Source of the DNA: Stylophora pistillata | Taxonomy: Eukaryota | Assembly (NCBI RefSeq): GCF_002571385.2 | Contig: NW_019218339.1 | Span: 1 to 64,000, forward strand | Direction of reading: 5' to 3' | DNA length: 64,000 bases | In this document: positions 1-12,941 of the stretch, in pieces | How positions within the stretch are numbered: the first letter of the stretch is position 1 | Layout: every line of letters starts with the position of its first letter | The notes under the pieces: model-generated | The model's input: only the letters and a program-made list of their open reading frames with translations | What the model was told of the DNA's origin: nothing | Database searches by the model: none | Translations under genes and position numbers: made by a program

Positions 1-240
1 ATCTGGTACCCAGGGTTCACTGGCCTCACGGTCATCTCGATGTTGAATGATTATACTTCATTTTGTCACATTTGAGAAGTTATGATAATCCTTCATTCGG
101 GAAGGAGATCGTGTTGTCTCGACACCATGTAATGAAAAAACATTGCACAAAGATCCCTATGTTAGGGCCGTACGCGATAGCGTAACGTCAAGGCCGTAAA
201 AAGCCGTACGGCTTGGCGAGATGCTATCTGAACTGAAGTA

Positions 241-450
241 AAAAAGAAAAGGAAAGAAAAAGGAAGAACGACGGTCAAATGATAAAATACTCATTGGCTG
301 TGTCAGGTCGGGCGCGGTCATGACGCACTTCGCGAATCAGTAGCCGTTTCACGATAATAAAGGAAGAAAAGGGAAGAAAAAGAAAGAACGATGGTCAGAG
401 GATAAAATGCTCATTAGCTGTGGTAGGTCGGGCGCGGTCATGACGCATGA
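241..450. repeat. Short tandem duplication (~120-bp unit, second copy partial)
   Basis: GAAGAACGA..GGTCGGGCGCGGTCATGACGCA occurs at ~263-328 and, with a few substitutions, at ~383-448. Confidence 0.6.
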
Positions 451-1065
451 ACCTCGCTACGCTGAAAGCATTTCTATCAAGCTTCTTACCTTGAAAATCA
501 AGGCCTTCTCAGTGGATTCAGGATCAGTAGCCGTTTTACAAATAATGCATACATCTCGAAGCTGTTATTTCATACAAGGGCGGTACAATGCTTGACATTT
601 ATTCTCTTCAGCATGCTCTGATTTAAAACGAAACTTCAACAGATGATATATCGCAACCGCATAACCGCGTAAGGAAACTCAGAAGAGGTCTCTCATGAAA
701 CGAACATTTCAATTTCTTTTTTTCTTTTCATTCAAGATCACCGTTTGATTATCTCTGGAAAAGTTTTTACAGTAGCTTTCCCAGTTCCTATACCGATTCC
801 CACCAATAAAATCCAAAGTATCGCATATTATTCATATCTGCCCTCCAAAATCTCACCATCCGTCCCCCACATTCCTAAATAAACCAGTCATAAAAATTTC
901 CTAACCTCGAGTCTGCAATCAGTCAAAGCTCGGATCCCAAAAAACCTATTAAGACCCTCACAGATGTCGGATATGGGCTTCAGTTGGGAATAAAGTGGAT
1001 GAAATATACGATTGCTGAAAGAACATATATACCAATGCCATGAGAAGTTTACTTGGTGTGCACTT

Positions 1066-1600
1066 AATAGTATACCAGCTGACATGTAACAGCTGCAAAC
1101 AGCAATACATTGGTAGTACGACACGCTTCATACACGACCGCGTAAGAGAACATCTCAACAATGGAAACTCGCCGTGAAAAAACATCTACTCCTGCCAAAA
1201 GAAAAACCATGAAAGCATTGATGTCAAGGTTATTATGAATGAAAACGAACCCGTCAATCTACGCCTGTACGAAGTATTTTTCATTAGAAAGTACAAGCCT
1301 ACACTCAATTCCCGAGAAGAATGTAGTGAATTTGCAGACCTTCTATTTTAGCACCATTTTAACGCTCTTTTACATCGTTTGTTTATACGGTCCATCATTA
1401 GAGCATTTATTATGTTCAATTCACAGTTTATTTCTACAGCTTTCATACATAGTCACGTCTTTCACACATTTCACGACACACTCTTTTTACATATATATAT
1501 TAATATATAACTGCAGACAGTTATATATATATATAACTATATAGTGCTCCCGGAATATTTTCTTACGATGATGCCGTTGATCGGCGAAAGCTCGGATTTG
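1066..1600 (+). mobile_element. Penelope-like retroelement 3' fragment (degenerate GIY-YIG endonuclease plus pLTR remnant)
   Basis: Translates IVYQLTCNSCKQQYIGSTTRFIHDRVREH...LRLYEVFFIRKYKPTLNSREE with stop/frameshift. A degenerate hammerhead-like motif CGATGATGCCG..CGGCGAAA lies at ~1566-1589. Confidence 0.8.
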
Positions 1601-2969
1601 TGAAACATTTTACTTTTTACAGCAGTGTAAGGCTTCATTCGATTAATTTGTATGTAATTATTTCAACAATGCTGCTGAAGGACAACATGAACAGATTAAT
1701 ACACTTGATTATTTACATATTTTCCATTTGTTCATTTTCTGTGCTCTATTATCAATCAACTTTTTCTTAATCAATTTTCATGGGTGTTTTGTTTTCCTGT
1801 TTGTGTTCTACAGCTGGTATGAGTGAAGCAGTAAAACGCGACTTTGCTTTGTACTAAGGTTAGAATGAACGCTGATTACCAGTACCAGGTCACTCATGGG
1901 GCTCTTGTTTCGCGCGGCTACGGCCTTTGTTGTTGATCTATGTAGTGCAGATCCAAAAGAGCTTCGAAAATTCCTTTAAATTTGTCTGTTTGCAAACCTC
2001 TTTTCTTTCCGAGATGGGTCTAGGTGATCATTAATCTGTGTGGGAATATGAAAATTATCGTAGACATCCTGCAAGGTACACAATTTGAACGAAAACCTTT
2101 TGTTTCCAATTCGTGGGTTCGTGCAGAAGTCCGTAAAAAGTTGTTACCTCTTCCGTTCCATCCCGATAAAGGTAGACCTTTTAGAGCTCAAAATAAAACC
2201 ACCTATTCTACGAATATGGACAAGCGCTAGGCACCCCGGATAAGTATCAATGCAGATGGCGATTGTAATGTTCAGGAGTTCGCTTACACCGTTCGCTTAC
2301 GGTTCGCGTAGTTTGTTCGTTATCCTAAATTTTCTCACCCCCGTTCTCACTCACAGTGCATAATAAGTACTCGAGTCTACGTCTCCTGGAGCCTTGGGCA
2401 TGGACTTGGAGGCCTGGACACTACAGCGATGTCGATGGCGGTTGGAGCAGATAATTTTGAGATTAATGAATAAAGGCTGAAAGTTTCTAAACTGTGGTGC
2501 CGCGTCGGTGGAGGTAACAAGGTAATTTGGTTATATCGACAAAGTTGAAATTGTAAATTGGCCACCGTAACGAATAAAAAAGCTGACGTTTCGAGCGTTA
2601 GCCCTTGATCAGAGCGAATGGAGAAATTGTGGGTTGTATGTGGGTTTACATACAGAAAGCGGAGCTACGCCATTGGTGGGAACATGGCGACGAGAAAAAC
2701 ACGAATAACTTAGTGGAATGAAAAGCGTTCGTTGATACCCGTGGGATTAAAAATGCCGATTTGAAAGATAAACTTTTGTTCAAGAGTTTTGCGGCTTTCC
2801 GTTTTGCCTAAATGTAAGGAAAGACCGCAGATTGCCATATGTTGTTTAGAATGATCAAAGAGGTAAGGGAGCAACTTCAGAATACCTGTCCAGCTCATTT
2901 ACATGTGTGAAGGTGTAGTCTGATCGTCCGGGTGAGTGTAGTCCTGAGAAGGACTGTTGTCGGTGGTAG

Positions 2970-3014
2970 TGACTGACGTTTCGACAACCTGTGCGGAAGT
3001 CATCATCAGAGTCA
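2970..3014 (-). ncRNA. Minimal type I hammerhead ribozyme motif in a PLE pLTR
   Basis: Minus strand reads ugacu-CUGAUGA-ugac..guc-GAAA-cg-UC-aguca: intact core with stem I UGACU/AGUCA. The copy at ~3859-3903 (+) has two core substitutions. Confidence 0.65.
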
Positions 3015-3070
3015 AGTGAATGATTGTTGTCAGTAGAATGTTCTTATTCCAGTTCGTGTGAAATGATCGG

Positions 3071-3718
3071 TTGGTTTTGACGNACTCGACAGACAGCTTA
3101 TCCGACGAGAACAAATACCTTCACCGTGTTTTTACGAAGAACAACTACAACAACGACTTCATCCGACGAAACACTCACCGACCCACTACCACTACCGAAA
3201 CAAACGACACCGCAACCCCTACGACTACAGCAACCATACCGTACATAAAAGGCATGTCTGAAAACATCTCGCGCATCTTACTACCCTTCAATATCCGCGT
3301 CGCCCACAAACCCATCACCACACTACGTCAGTTACTAACCAACGTTAAAGACAAAGACGAACCGAGGAACAGACAGGGAACGATTTATAAGATCAATTGT
3401 TCCGACTGCCAAGCCTCCTACATCGGTGAGACTGGCAGAAACCTCACAACAAGACTGACTGAACACAGACGGGCGACGAGGAAAGGTGATGTCAGCAATC
3501 ACATTGCTGAACACCATCGACTTACCAACCACAACATTGACTGGGACTCTGCGCAATGCCTAACCTACAGCACTGACTATTTTCAACGACTGACTCTGGA
3601 AAGCTGGTTTACTAACTTAGAACAGACTCCCCTAAACAGATGTCAACAACTACCCGCTCCATACAAACGACTCATTCACGACATAAACATCACAAACGAC
3701 CGAAAAAGAACGACCTAA
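3071..3718 (+). CDS. GIY-YIG endonuclease region (C-terminal part of a Penelope-like ORF)
   Basis: ORF contains TIPYIKGMSENISRIL and GTIYKINCSDCQASYIGETGRNLTTRLTEH, then LESWF..LN. Confidence 0.85.
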   Translation: MVLTXSTDSLSDENKYLHRVFTKNNYNNDFIRRNTHRPTTTTETNDTATPTTTATIPYIKGMSENISRILLPFNIRVAHKPITTLRQLLTNVKDKDEPRNRQGTIYKINCSDCQASYIGETGRNLTTRLTEHRRATRKGDVSNHIAEHHRLTNHNIDWDSAQCLTYSTDYFQRLTLESWFTNLEQTPLNRCQQLPAPYKRLIHDINITNDRKRTT

Positions 3719-5919
3719 CTTTACCGACAGATCGAAACAGACCAATCACGACCGACTTACGTCACTTGAGTCTTACAGCCAATAACATCACGTCAAAACC
3801 AACCGATCATTTCACACGAACTGGAATAAGAACATTCTACTGACAACAATCATTCACTTGACTTTGATGATGACTTCCGCACAGGTTGTCAAAACGTCAG
3901 TCACTACCACCGACAACAGTCCTTCTCAGGACTACACTCACCCGGACGATCAGACTACACCTTCACATGTTACCCCCGGGTTCAAGCCATTTACTGCATC
4001 ATTTACATGTGTCGGGAGGCTTTGAAGAACGAGGCATAACACAATAGGCGCTATTCTTATTAATAAATGGGTGGTCGGGTATTCTGAAGTTTAGCCGAGG
4101 AAAGATTGGAAAATTTGGTACTACGATTGAAATTAACTTTGTTAATATCGTGGCGACATTATTTGATGAAAAAGTCACAGTAATGATGCGAACTGGCCCT
4201 CTGGGGGAGTCCATTTAGACTTTCGAATCTGAAGTGTTTCGAAAGTGTCTTTGTTCGAGGCGTTAGAATTATCCTCTTTGTCATGAAAAAAGGCTTTTAT
4301 TGAACGCGGCGGAGAAATTTTTCTACGTCTTGTTTAACTGAGAATTTGTCCTTTGTTTTAGAAATGGGAACAAAATTGAAGCCCTCGCTGAGGACGGATT
4401 TTTCTGAATCGGAAAGTGAAAGATTTTCTGGAATGGCAACCACAGTTTTGAGGTTTTCTGGTGATGAGCGGTTAGCAATTTGGGGACCGATAAGTTGGTC
4501 AAGTTTTTGGGTCATAATTTGGTTCAAGTGATTGAAAAGTTCAAATTAGTTTTCTGAATTTTGGCGTGGAGAGATTGTAATAAAACTGCTGGACAGATTT
4601 TGGAAAGTCCAGAGCGGCAATGTAGAATTTTTTCGGTGAGGTGATTACGTTTTTGGCACATAGCTCTAATGGTAATTCTCATTATGTCGCGTGAAAAGGA
4701 ATTTTGGGCGCACTGAATTTGGTGATGATATTGGTAGGTAAAAAAAGATGCATGAAAATTGGAGCGAAAACCCTTAGGAATAACTTTAGACTGAAGGCAA
4801 CGGCCGATGAAGTTGATGCGGCTACAAAATCTAGTTTTGGCGAAAGTGAATGGCTAAACGGAATGCCAGATCTTTACTAATAAGGGGGAAAAGGAAGAAG
4901 ATAACTTACGATTTCCTGGCGTAGCTCCTTCGTGGGTTTCTTGAGGCTTGGCAGGTCCGCCGTTCTGAATGCTGTGGATTGAAGAATACTAAGACGAAAG
5001 TTAGTGGCCGCAGCTACAAAAAGACAAATGAATAAAGGCTAAAAGTTTCTAAAGAAACTGTGTTGCTGCGTCGGTGGGGGTAACAAGGTAATTTGGTTAT
5101 ATCAACTAACTTTAAATTGTAAATTGGCCACCGTAATGAATAAAAGAGCTGACGTTTCCAGCGTTAGCCCTCGGTCAGAGCGAATGGAGGAATTGTGGGT
5201 TGTATGTGGGTTTACATGCAGAAAGCGGAGCTACGCCATTGGTGGGAACATGGCGACGAGAAAAACACGAATAAATTAGTGGAATGAAAAGCGTTCGTTG
5301 ATACCCGTGGGATTAAGGGTGCCGATTTGAAAGACAAACTTTTATTCAAGAGTGTTGCGGCTTTCCGTGTTGCCTAAATGTAAGGAAAGACCGCAGATTA
5401 CCATATGTTGTTTGGAATGATTAAAGAGGAAAGACTGGAAAATTTGGTACTACGATTGAAATTAAGTTTGTTAATATCGTGGCGACATTTTTTGATGAAA
5501 AAGTCTAACGAGGCGAACTGGTCCTCTGGGGGAGTCCATTTAGACTTTCGAATCTGAAGAGTTTCGAAAGTGTCTTTGTTCGAGGCGTTAGAATTATCCT
5601 CTTTGTCATGAAAAAAGGCTTTTGATTGGACGTGGCGAATAAATTTTTCTACTCTTGTTTAACTGAGAATTCGTCCGTTGTTTTAGAAATGGGAAAAAAA
5701 TTTAAGCCCTTGCTGAGGACGGATTTTTCTGAATCGGAAAGTGAAAGACTTTCTGGAATGGTAACCATAGTTTTTGAGGTTTTCTGGTGATAAGCGGTTA
5801 GCAATTTGGGGACCGATAAGTTGGTCAAGTTTTTGGGTCATAATTTGGTTCAAGTGATTGAAAAGTTTCGAATTAGTATTTTGAATATTAGTTAATTAGA
5901 ATATTAGAAATTAGTTTTC

Positions 5920-6580
5920 TGCGGCAACTTTCTGACACCTCTTTTATCAAAAGGTTGACAAAGATCTTACTTCCATTAATCAAAAAATCGTCGAAAATAC
6001 GATTAACGAACTCATAGCTAAATAAGAATTGCCGGCCACTGCAAAAAATCTCATCATAACCACTCCTAGAACTTCTAGTATTTAATTTACTTTTTACCTA
6101 AAAATTCACAAACCTAACAAACCAGGTCGGCCCATTGTCTCGGCTTGCAGTTTCCCTACCGAACTTATCTCCAGCTATCTAGACAAAATTATGGCTCCCA
6201 TCGTCAAAACTTTACTATCATATATTAAAGACAGCCAACACGCTCTTCAAATTTTTCGAGACTTTAATTTCCTTGGCCAAAANNNNNNNNNNNNNNNNNG
6301 CACGGAAAGCCGTAAAAATCTTGAACAAAAGCTCATCTTTCAAACCGGCAGTCTAAATCCCACAGGGATCAACGAACGCTTTTCATTCCACTAATTTATT
6401 CATGTTTTTCTCGTTGCCATGTTCCCACCAACAACGTAGCTCCATTTTCTGCCTTTAAAAGCACACACAACCCACAACTCCTCTATTCGCTCCGACGAGT
6501 AGAAACGCTCGAAACGTTAGCTTTTGTAATCGTTACGGTGGCCAATTTACCATTTCAACTTTGTTGATAGATCCAAATTA
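5920..6580 (+). mobile_element. Penelope-like RT fragment and pLTR, opposite orientation, spanning an N-gap
   Basis: Translates [37 protein letters not shown] (PLE RT N-terminal motif). The pLTR at 6300-6580 matches the reverse complement of ~2520-2800. Confidence 0.8.
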
Positions 6581-6949
6581 TGAGGATAAGGGACACGAGT
6601 TCTGAAATAACGTATATATCGATGTAGACTTTAAGCAAGCGCTCCCTTTGGGTGACTGGGTCCGTCGCTCAAGTCCCAAGAAATCAAAGAAAAGAAAAAT
6701 CGATGCTTGCACGCGCTTTCTTTTCGAGCGGCTCACTCCAAGTGCTCCCTGCGGTTAAAAAGTTCGTTTTTCGCTTTTAGACGCACGCCACGGACTTACC
6801 CGAAAAGGAAGGACTGCTGGTATTGTAATCATCGATGAATTACTAGAAGCACACTCGGCATACGCTAAACTATTTTCATATTTTCGATTTGTTTATTTTC
6901 TGTCACCCTTTCGATCAATAGGTGTTTTTTTCCCTTCATTACTTATCAG

Positions 6950-7045
6950 TAGCCTCCTTTACAGACGTTCTTTGGGTGTCAAGTTAAAAATTCTCCCCCG
7001 AGATTTTTTAATTCGTCACCCAAAGAACGTCTACAAAGGAGGCTA
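6950..7045. mobile_element. Short palindromic MITE (~96 bp)
   Basis: TAGCCTCCTTTACAGACGTTCTTTGGGTG ... CACCCAAAGAACGTCTACAAAGGAGGCTA form imperfect inverted ends. Confidence 0.6.
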
Positions 7046-8160
7046 TCTCATCAGCGAAGTAGCAACTTGGTGCGCAAAGACTAGGCACTAGAGTATTCGG
7101 CGGGAAGCTAAGCTGAAGCAAAATGGCGGTGTTGATGGCGATCGTATCTGTTATTGATATGAAATCCCTTCAAATTAAATGCAATTATTTGTCAGTATTT
7201 CGCTCGACTGAGAGTTGGGTATGTTACCTTGAAGACCTTGAACATAATGAAGACGCGAGGGTGAAATTTTTCTTCTCCCATTGGACTCTTCATAGTTGTA
7301 TGTTGTTACTTGGAGTAAACAGCGATTCCATTGTGATTGTTGCGGACAATGTCAGAAGTGTCGCCTTCAGGATTGGTTAGTATTGTAGTTTCACACCACA
7401 TCATTAATTGAAATATTCTCGTATGTAAGATTTTTGTTTTATGGCTTGGGAATACGGTGTTCGATGGTTATGGTAATTGCTAGTAGAATGGTTTCAGCTC
7501 CCTGAAAGATTTCGCGTCGTTACTGTAAAGAAGTATTGAAGTAGTTCTATGGGAGAATCTGACATTTGTGCAAAAACTGATGGAGATTTTGTGGATTTTC
7601 ACTTATTGGTGGTTTGTTACTATGGTTATCTTGCTGAAAAGAAGTCTGCTAATCGGTACGATCTTTGGGCGCATCAAGGCTTGTTAAGCTATTTGTTGCT
7701 GAATTGCTTCGTCTTCGTCCAAAATCGAAAGGAAATAAACGTCAATTAAGCGTCCGTTTTGTTCATCATCAAATACACTGAAGCAAAATATTGCAATTCT
7801 CTATGTTTATTTCAAGTGTATTTTAATCGCTTTTTCACAGCACGTGTACATATTTTTGTTCACAGAGGCTGCTGGCGATGTCGACGTTACAATCCTGGTG
7901 AACAAATTATCCTACTAAAGTTTGTGAATTCGTTTTGCGATCGAGCGGCCAGCCACGTTGATAATCCGCAATGTAAGTGTTGTCGATGCTGGGACGTATA
8001 CTTAAGGAGTTGAGCTAGAGTCAGCGAAAAGAACCCAAAGCTTAATCGACCTGATTGTTCTTGGTAAGTAATCATTATTAGACAATCAATCGTTATGACT
8101 GTATACTTGCACTTTATCTTCCATCTTGGACTAAAAGGCCACGCTGATTTGTCCAAAAAA

Positions 8161-8231
8161 ACCGCCTCCTGGTTAGCTCAATGGATAGAGCGCTGGACTG
8201 TTGTGTGGGAGGTCGAGGGTTCGAGCCCCGG

Positions 8232-8265
<34 letters not shown>

Positions 8266-8352
8266 AAGAATTTGCTACCTTTCTATAACATCAAGAAATG
8301 GTTAGATATTCTAGTCTTCTCGGATAGGGACGAATAAATGGAGGTCCCGTCT
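8161..8352 (+). mobile_element. tRNA-derived SINE (5' part)
   Basis: A-box TAGCTCAATGG and B-box GGTTCGAGCCC, followed by non-tRNA body GGCCGGACCAACACTCAGGGTCTT. Confidence 0.7.
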
Positions 8353-8536
8353 CCTTTAGGGTTAGGGGCAGGAGATGCTAATTTCCCATGCATGAGATTA
8401 CTGTGTGATGGATGTCCTCTCCTGGGGTGGGATGGGTGGGGATAGAGGGCCATGGGGTCATCAGTTGTACTTAAACTGGTACGTGCTACCCTCTTAAAAT
8501 AAAGTCATTATCTTATCTTATCTATCTTATCAAATA

Positions 8537-9235
8537 CAGTGAAACTTCTATTCAAGCAAACACCCTTTATTGAGTGGACGCTAAGCCAGGCTGCATTCAC
8601 TCTTGGTGCTTGAGTAATGGTGCCTGTGTATGATTCCAGATGGCACTAATATGAACACAAGTTTTCTTCAAGCACTCATGCCAGAACTTGAGCACCGTGC
8701 CTATGCACTGGCACTGAATTGTGTACTGATATATCAGGTACCCAGTGTCTGAACACATCTTGTGGCATTACCCTGGCACAAATGCTTGGTCACCAAGTGT
8801 GAATGCTGCCTTACATTTCTTTTTATGTTGAAGTCCTGTTCAGCAGACACCTCAATATAAATTATATTTGGCTTATTTGTATCATTAAGAACCTCAATCA
8901 AGGGGAAACCAGACTGAATTCACAATATAGTGAATGGGATTACATCCTCAAAATTGTTGATTAAATGTAATCAATATATGTTGATGTACTGTGTATGTAG
9001 TCATTGCTGTTTTACTGTTATGTTTTTGCATTATTACCAACAAATTTGAGTTGGTAACGAAAAGTAATAAACTTGATCACTGGATAGCTTTGTTGACCCC
9101 ACAGAACTTTACCACAGTACAGAGTAACCCTTAAATGCCAATTGTTAACAAACACTGTGCAATTATATTACAAACCTCTATTTAGCCAACACTTGAGGAG
9201 ATCCCCAGGGTGACTACTTGATAAAGGTTTCACTG
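8537..9235. mobile_element. TA-flanked Tc1/mariner-type MITE containing a nested TIR element (8589-8810)
   Basis: TA|CAGTGAAAC ... GTTTCACTG|TA. The inner element ends GGCTGCATTCACTCTTGGTG / CACCAAGTGTGAATGCTGCC are 18/20 inverted. Confidence 0.55.
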
Positions 9236-9977
9236 TACTATTGTGAACTGAAAGTCAAAAGAGTAAATGTAGTGTCAAAATTAATGGATAATAATGCACT
9301 ACCTGGACTATAATTGTTGATAAAATTTTGTGTTGATTACAGATACTTTATCTACAGTTGTATAACTAGAATGTTTCTAATCAAGTTTCCTACAAAACAT
9401 GTTAAAAAGGATCACAGTAATTAACATTTTAAATTATGGTTATCTTTGTAAATAGCCCCACTGAATGTATCCCTGTACAATGAGCTCAAAGTTGTTATGT
9501 TAATTTGCTTAAAATCCCGCGGGAGTTTCGTAACCCAGAACTGTTATGAACTTATTTAGCATTGTTGTTTTTAACCGCATGTGTTGTAAGTTGCTGGTCA
9601 GTTTTAGTTTAATCGTTGAGTATTAAAGGTCGTATCTTAAAAGTTTAGAGTCGCTTTTCGAGTGAAGACACAACAAAAGTCTGCTCATGTCTTGTTGTAG
9701 TTTTCCAGTGTTTGACATGATAGTGAATTTCGGGGCATCACTCAAGCCCAGTGAGTTATGTAATGTAATGGGATAACATTTGTCAATCTTTGAACTTGTG
9801 GATAAAATTTCTTCAGCATGAAAGAAGTTATCAGTGTGTAACCTTTGTATGGACCTGTAACTGATGAATCAATTAAAGAAAATGAACGAGCTAGTATACC
9901 TTGATGCCACCATTTCTTTTTGCTTCACATTGGAAATGTTCTGAAACACACCAACATTTGGGATTAGTAAATCAAAG

Positions 9978-10132
9978 ACCTGGCGTGGTTGTTCAAAAGG
10001 TGGATAATGCTATCCACTGGTTAAGTCTCTATCCACTGGACAGTGCTTTATGTTTTGTTACTACTTATCTGCTGGAAAGGGATTAATAGCCACTGGGTAA
10101 GGTGATCTGTCCTTTGAAGAACTTAGCCCTGG
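9978..10132. repeat. Degenerate palindromic MITE-like repeat (GTGGATAA..TATCCAC motifs); second copy at ~23443-23577
   Basis: Both copies share internal TATCCACTGG/GTGGATA inverted motifs. Confidence 0.5.
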
Positions 10133-11494
10133 CTTGCTCTGTATCATGGTTGTCATGGTGCAGGGAAAATTAAATGAATCAGTCAAGGTTAGGAAAATTC
10201 AAGAACTTTAAGAAGAAATCTATGTCACTCATGATTTTTCCTGTAGCTCTAGTCATAAAAGTTTCTTAATTGAAGTGTGGGTAGGCAGATTTAGGCCAAG
10301 CTACTGTAGAGAAGGTTTACATACTGTAAAAGTGTGTACCCATATGTTACGACAAAATATGAAATTAAATCAACGAGTAATTTCTTAGACACTAACACTC
10401 TCTTGTTAAATATTTAACTAAGGACACATTTTGTGTTGTCATTCTTAGTGCCTGTCAAGTTTGTTAGTGCACCAAGTGACCAGACTATCAATGAAACAGA
10501 CACAGTAACATATGTCTGTAATGTTAGTGGTGTTCCAGCCCCTGTCATCAAGTGGCAGAAGGATGGAGGAACTGTTGGTACAGGAGACATGCTTAGCTTT
10601 CCATTTACAGGAATCAATCAGGATACTACTGGTGCTCAGCTGATAATGGCTTGAGTGTCACTGTCAATCCCAGTGCGTACCTTAATGTGCAATGTGAGTA
10701 GAAATCAGTCAAAAAGAATTTGTAAAAATTATGATACATAGCAACATTCAAGGCATGATCAATGAATACTGGTGTTCTACACCTGTTCTTGTTTATTTTG
10801 TCAAAAGGCTAGCTTAAATGTTGTATTGTATCCTGGAGCTGCTATAATTGCAGGTTATTCTAGTTCTTTTAAAACATGATCTATAATGTTACAAAGTAGA
10901 GGACAGGAAATGGGGGTCAAATGTCTATATCTGTGTGTGTGAATGTTGTACTCACTGAGCAACATGCTTATAGGTTGTCAGAGCCAAGCTATCTCACATA
11001 AGTTTAAAAAAACCACTCAACTCAGAGAAGTTCGTGATTTAAAAGCATAGAACTTTCTTGATAAAACTGAAAACAGGAGGATAGGTCAACAGGGTACCCT
11101 AGCTTACTTAAATAGACCTTGTGTTCAATAAGTCTCAAATTCTTAGTGGATAGCACTCTAATACCTCTCTGATGCTTTTAACCACTGGAAGTTTTATTTG
11201 AAAGCAGTTAAAACTTCTCACATTAATTAATCCAATTCATAATCTAGTGCTATAAGAAAAGTAGATTGACAAAACCACCAACCAGATGTTATTATCTGGA
11301 TACCAAGTTAATTGAGATTCTATTAAAAGTCTTTAACATGGAAATATGAATTAATTAGGCTAAGCTAAAGGTGTAATTACCTGCTAGATCATAGGGGGTT
11401 GGAGGGTTTAATAACCAGGATGATGCTTCCTGTGGTTTCCATAGGTGATAATTAATTAAGTGGGAAAGAAGTGGTTCTCACTTGTCATGGAGCT

Positions 11495-12810
11495 ATTTCA
11501 TCATCAAACTTTATTTCATGCACATCATTTTACCATCTCCACCCGCAATAGCAAAAGCTATACGAGGCGGGCGGAGAGGTAAGGTTACAGCAGTCATAAC
11601 AGATAATATAATGATTGTAAAGTAACTAACTAACTACCTATTTAACCAACTAACTAACTAGCTAATAATTGTAAAGTACTGTAACTAAGTAAGCTTATAA
11701 TCTGGATAAATAAGAATTACTGAAAAATAAGCTAGGGTTACAAAATATATAGTCTTACAGAATAGTATTACAATCAAATTTATCCCTAACAGAACCTATT
11801 GATTATTAGTACATTTATTCAAGGATACAGAATTTGCCATTTTTTGTAGAAGAATGGGCACTTCAACATAATCGTCCTCTGCTTCCATTATTGAGAGCAA
11901 AGAGTCATGAAAATTTTTCTTAAAAGCCCCTTTGGAGAGTCGACGAAATTCGTTAGGCATTGTGTTCCAAAGTTTAACTCCAAACCTGGAAAAAGAATCT
12001 TGATTTAGATTCAGTCTTGAAGTTTGAACATAATAATTTCCAGATGAAGAAAACGTGGTCTCATGCTTGTGCTTTGAATTAGCTTTAGTAAAGAAGTCAC
12101 AGATGTTAGATGGAGCATTCATGCAGGAAACGTCAAACATTATAGAAGATACTTTTTCAGCATATAACATTTGTAAAGGTAGAATTTTTGAGGAAATAAA
12201 TAAAGGCACAACATGGGCTCTCAGAAAAGTATATCAAATGAAGAACTCGTTTTTGAAGCATGAGAATTTTTTGTAAATGGGTTTTGGCAGCTTGACCCCA
12301 AGCTGCCAAACCATATGTCAGATGAGGCAAGATCAATGACTGATAGATATTTAAAAGGGTTTTACATGGGATGAAGAGCCTAAGACGGGCAAGAACACCA
12401 ACAGTTCTGCTTATTTTCATCGCAACATTATTAATTTGAGATTTCCAACTTAGATTGCTGTCCAATAGGATGCCAAGATATTTGACATGGTCTTCGCACT
12501 GAAGCATGGTAGGAATTTGAGTACTGAGTTATCAATCATTTTAATGTTATCCAAGTAGTTCAACTTACGTTGATATGGACGAAAGATAACACAGTTAACT
12601 TATTTGCATTGAGCCAGTCAGAGACTTTGAGCAGTTTGCTATTGATGGTTTTTTAAAGAGATTTCAAATTAGAGTCAGCATACAACAAGCTCGTGTCGTC
12701 AGCAAAGAGATAGAATGACAATTTCGCTGAAGAGTTATGAATATCATTAATATAGATTAAGAATAACAGAGGGCCAAGCACAGACCCCTGTTGGACACCA
12801 CATGAGATCA
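11495..12810 (-). mobile_element. 5'-truncated non-LTR retrotransposon (CR1/L2-group LINE) RT fragment, intronic
   Basis: Translates [25 protein letters not shown] and VKYLGILLDSNLSW..YQSLILPHLTYG with frameshifts. The 3' tail has AATAAA near 11510. Confidence 0.85.
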
Positions 12811-12941
12811 TACATGAGATCATTCATCATACATATATTTCAGTCTCATTTGGCAAATTGGTGGCTTCTTATTCATCAGCTTTGGAACATTTTGATGTAA
12901 GCAGTGAGACAACCCTTTTAGTTATCTTTTTTGTTTTGTAG

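Larger units (their letters stand above)
2909..3998 (+). mobile_element. 5'-truncated Penelope-like element with inverted pLTRs and a 14-bp flanking direct repeat
   Basis: ~2905-3082 is the reverse complement of ~3790-3969. TCATTTACATGTGT flanks the element at 2895-2908 and 3999-4012. It contains a GIY-YIG ORF. Confidence 0.85.
2465..5890 (-). mobile_element. Tandem, degenerate Penelope-like elements (pLTR direct repeats ~2465-2870 and ~5028-5430), interrupted by a second PLE
   Basis: Two ~400-bp direct repeats encode the GIY-YIG C-terminus (ESRKTLEQKFIFQIG..NPTGINERFSFH). An N-terminal ORF segment (LSLSDSEKSVLSEGFNFVP) is repeated at ~4100-4550 and ~5435-5870. Confidence 0.8.

Noticed and set aside
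7123-7380. ORF MAVLMAIVS.. as first exon of gene 1, and AAAATGGCGG as a YY1-like promoter motif
   Set aside because: No clear signal peptide with a phase-1 donor, and a single motif is insufficient.
8166-8240. tRNA gene
   Set aside because: A and B boxes are present but there is no convincing acceptor stem and it continues into a SINE body. The same applies to ~36860-36930 and ~52540-52600.
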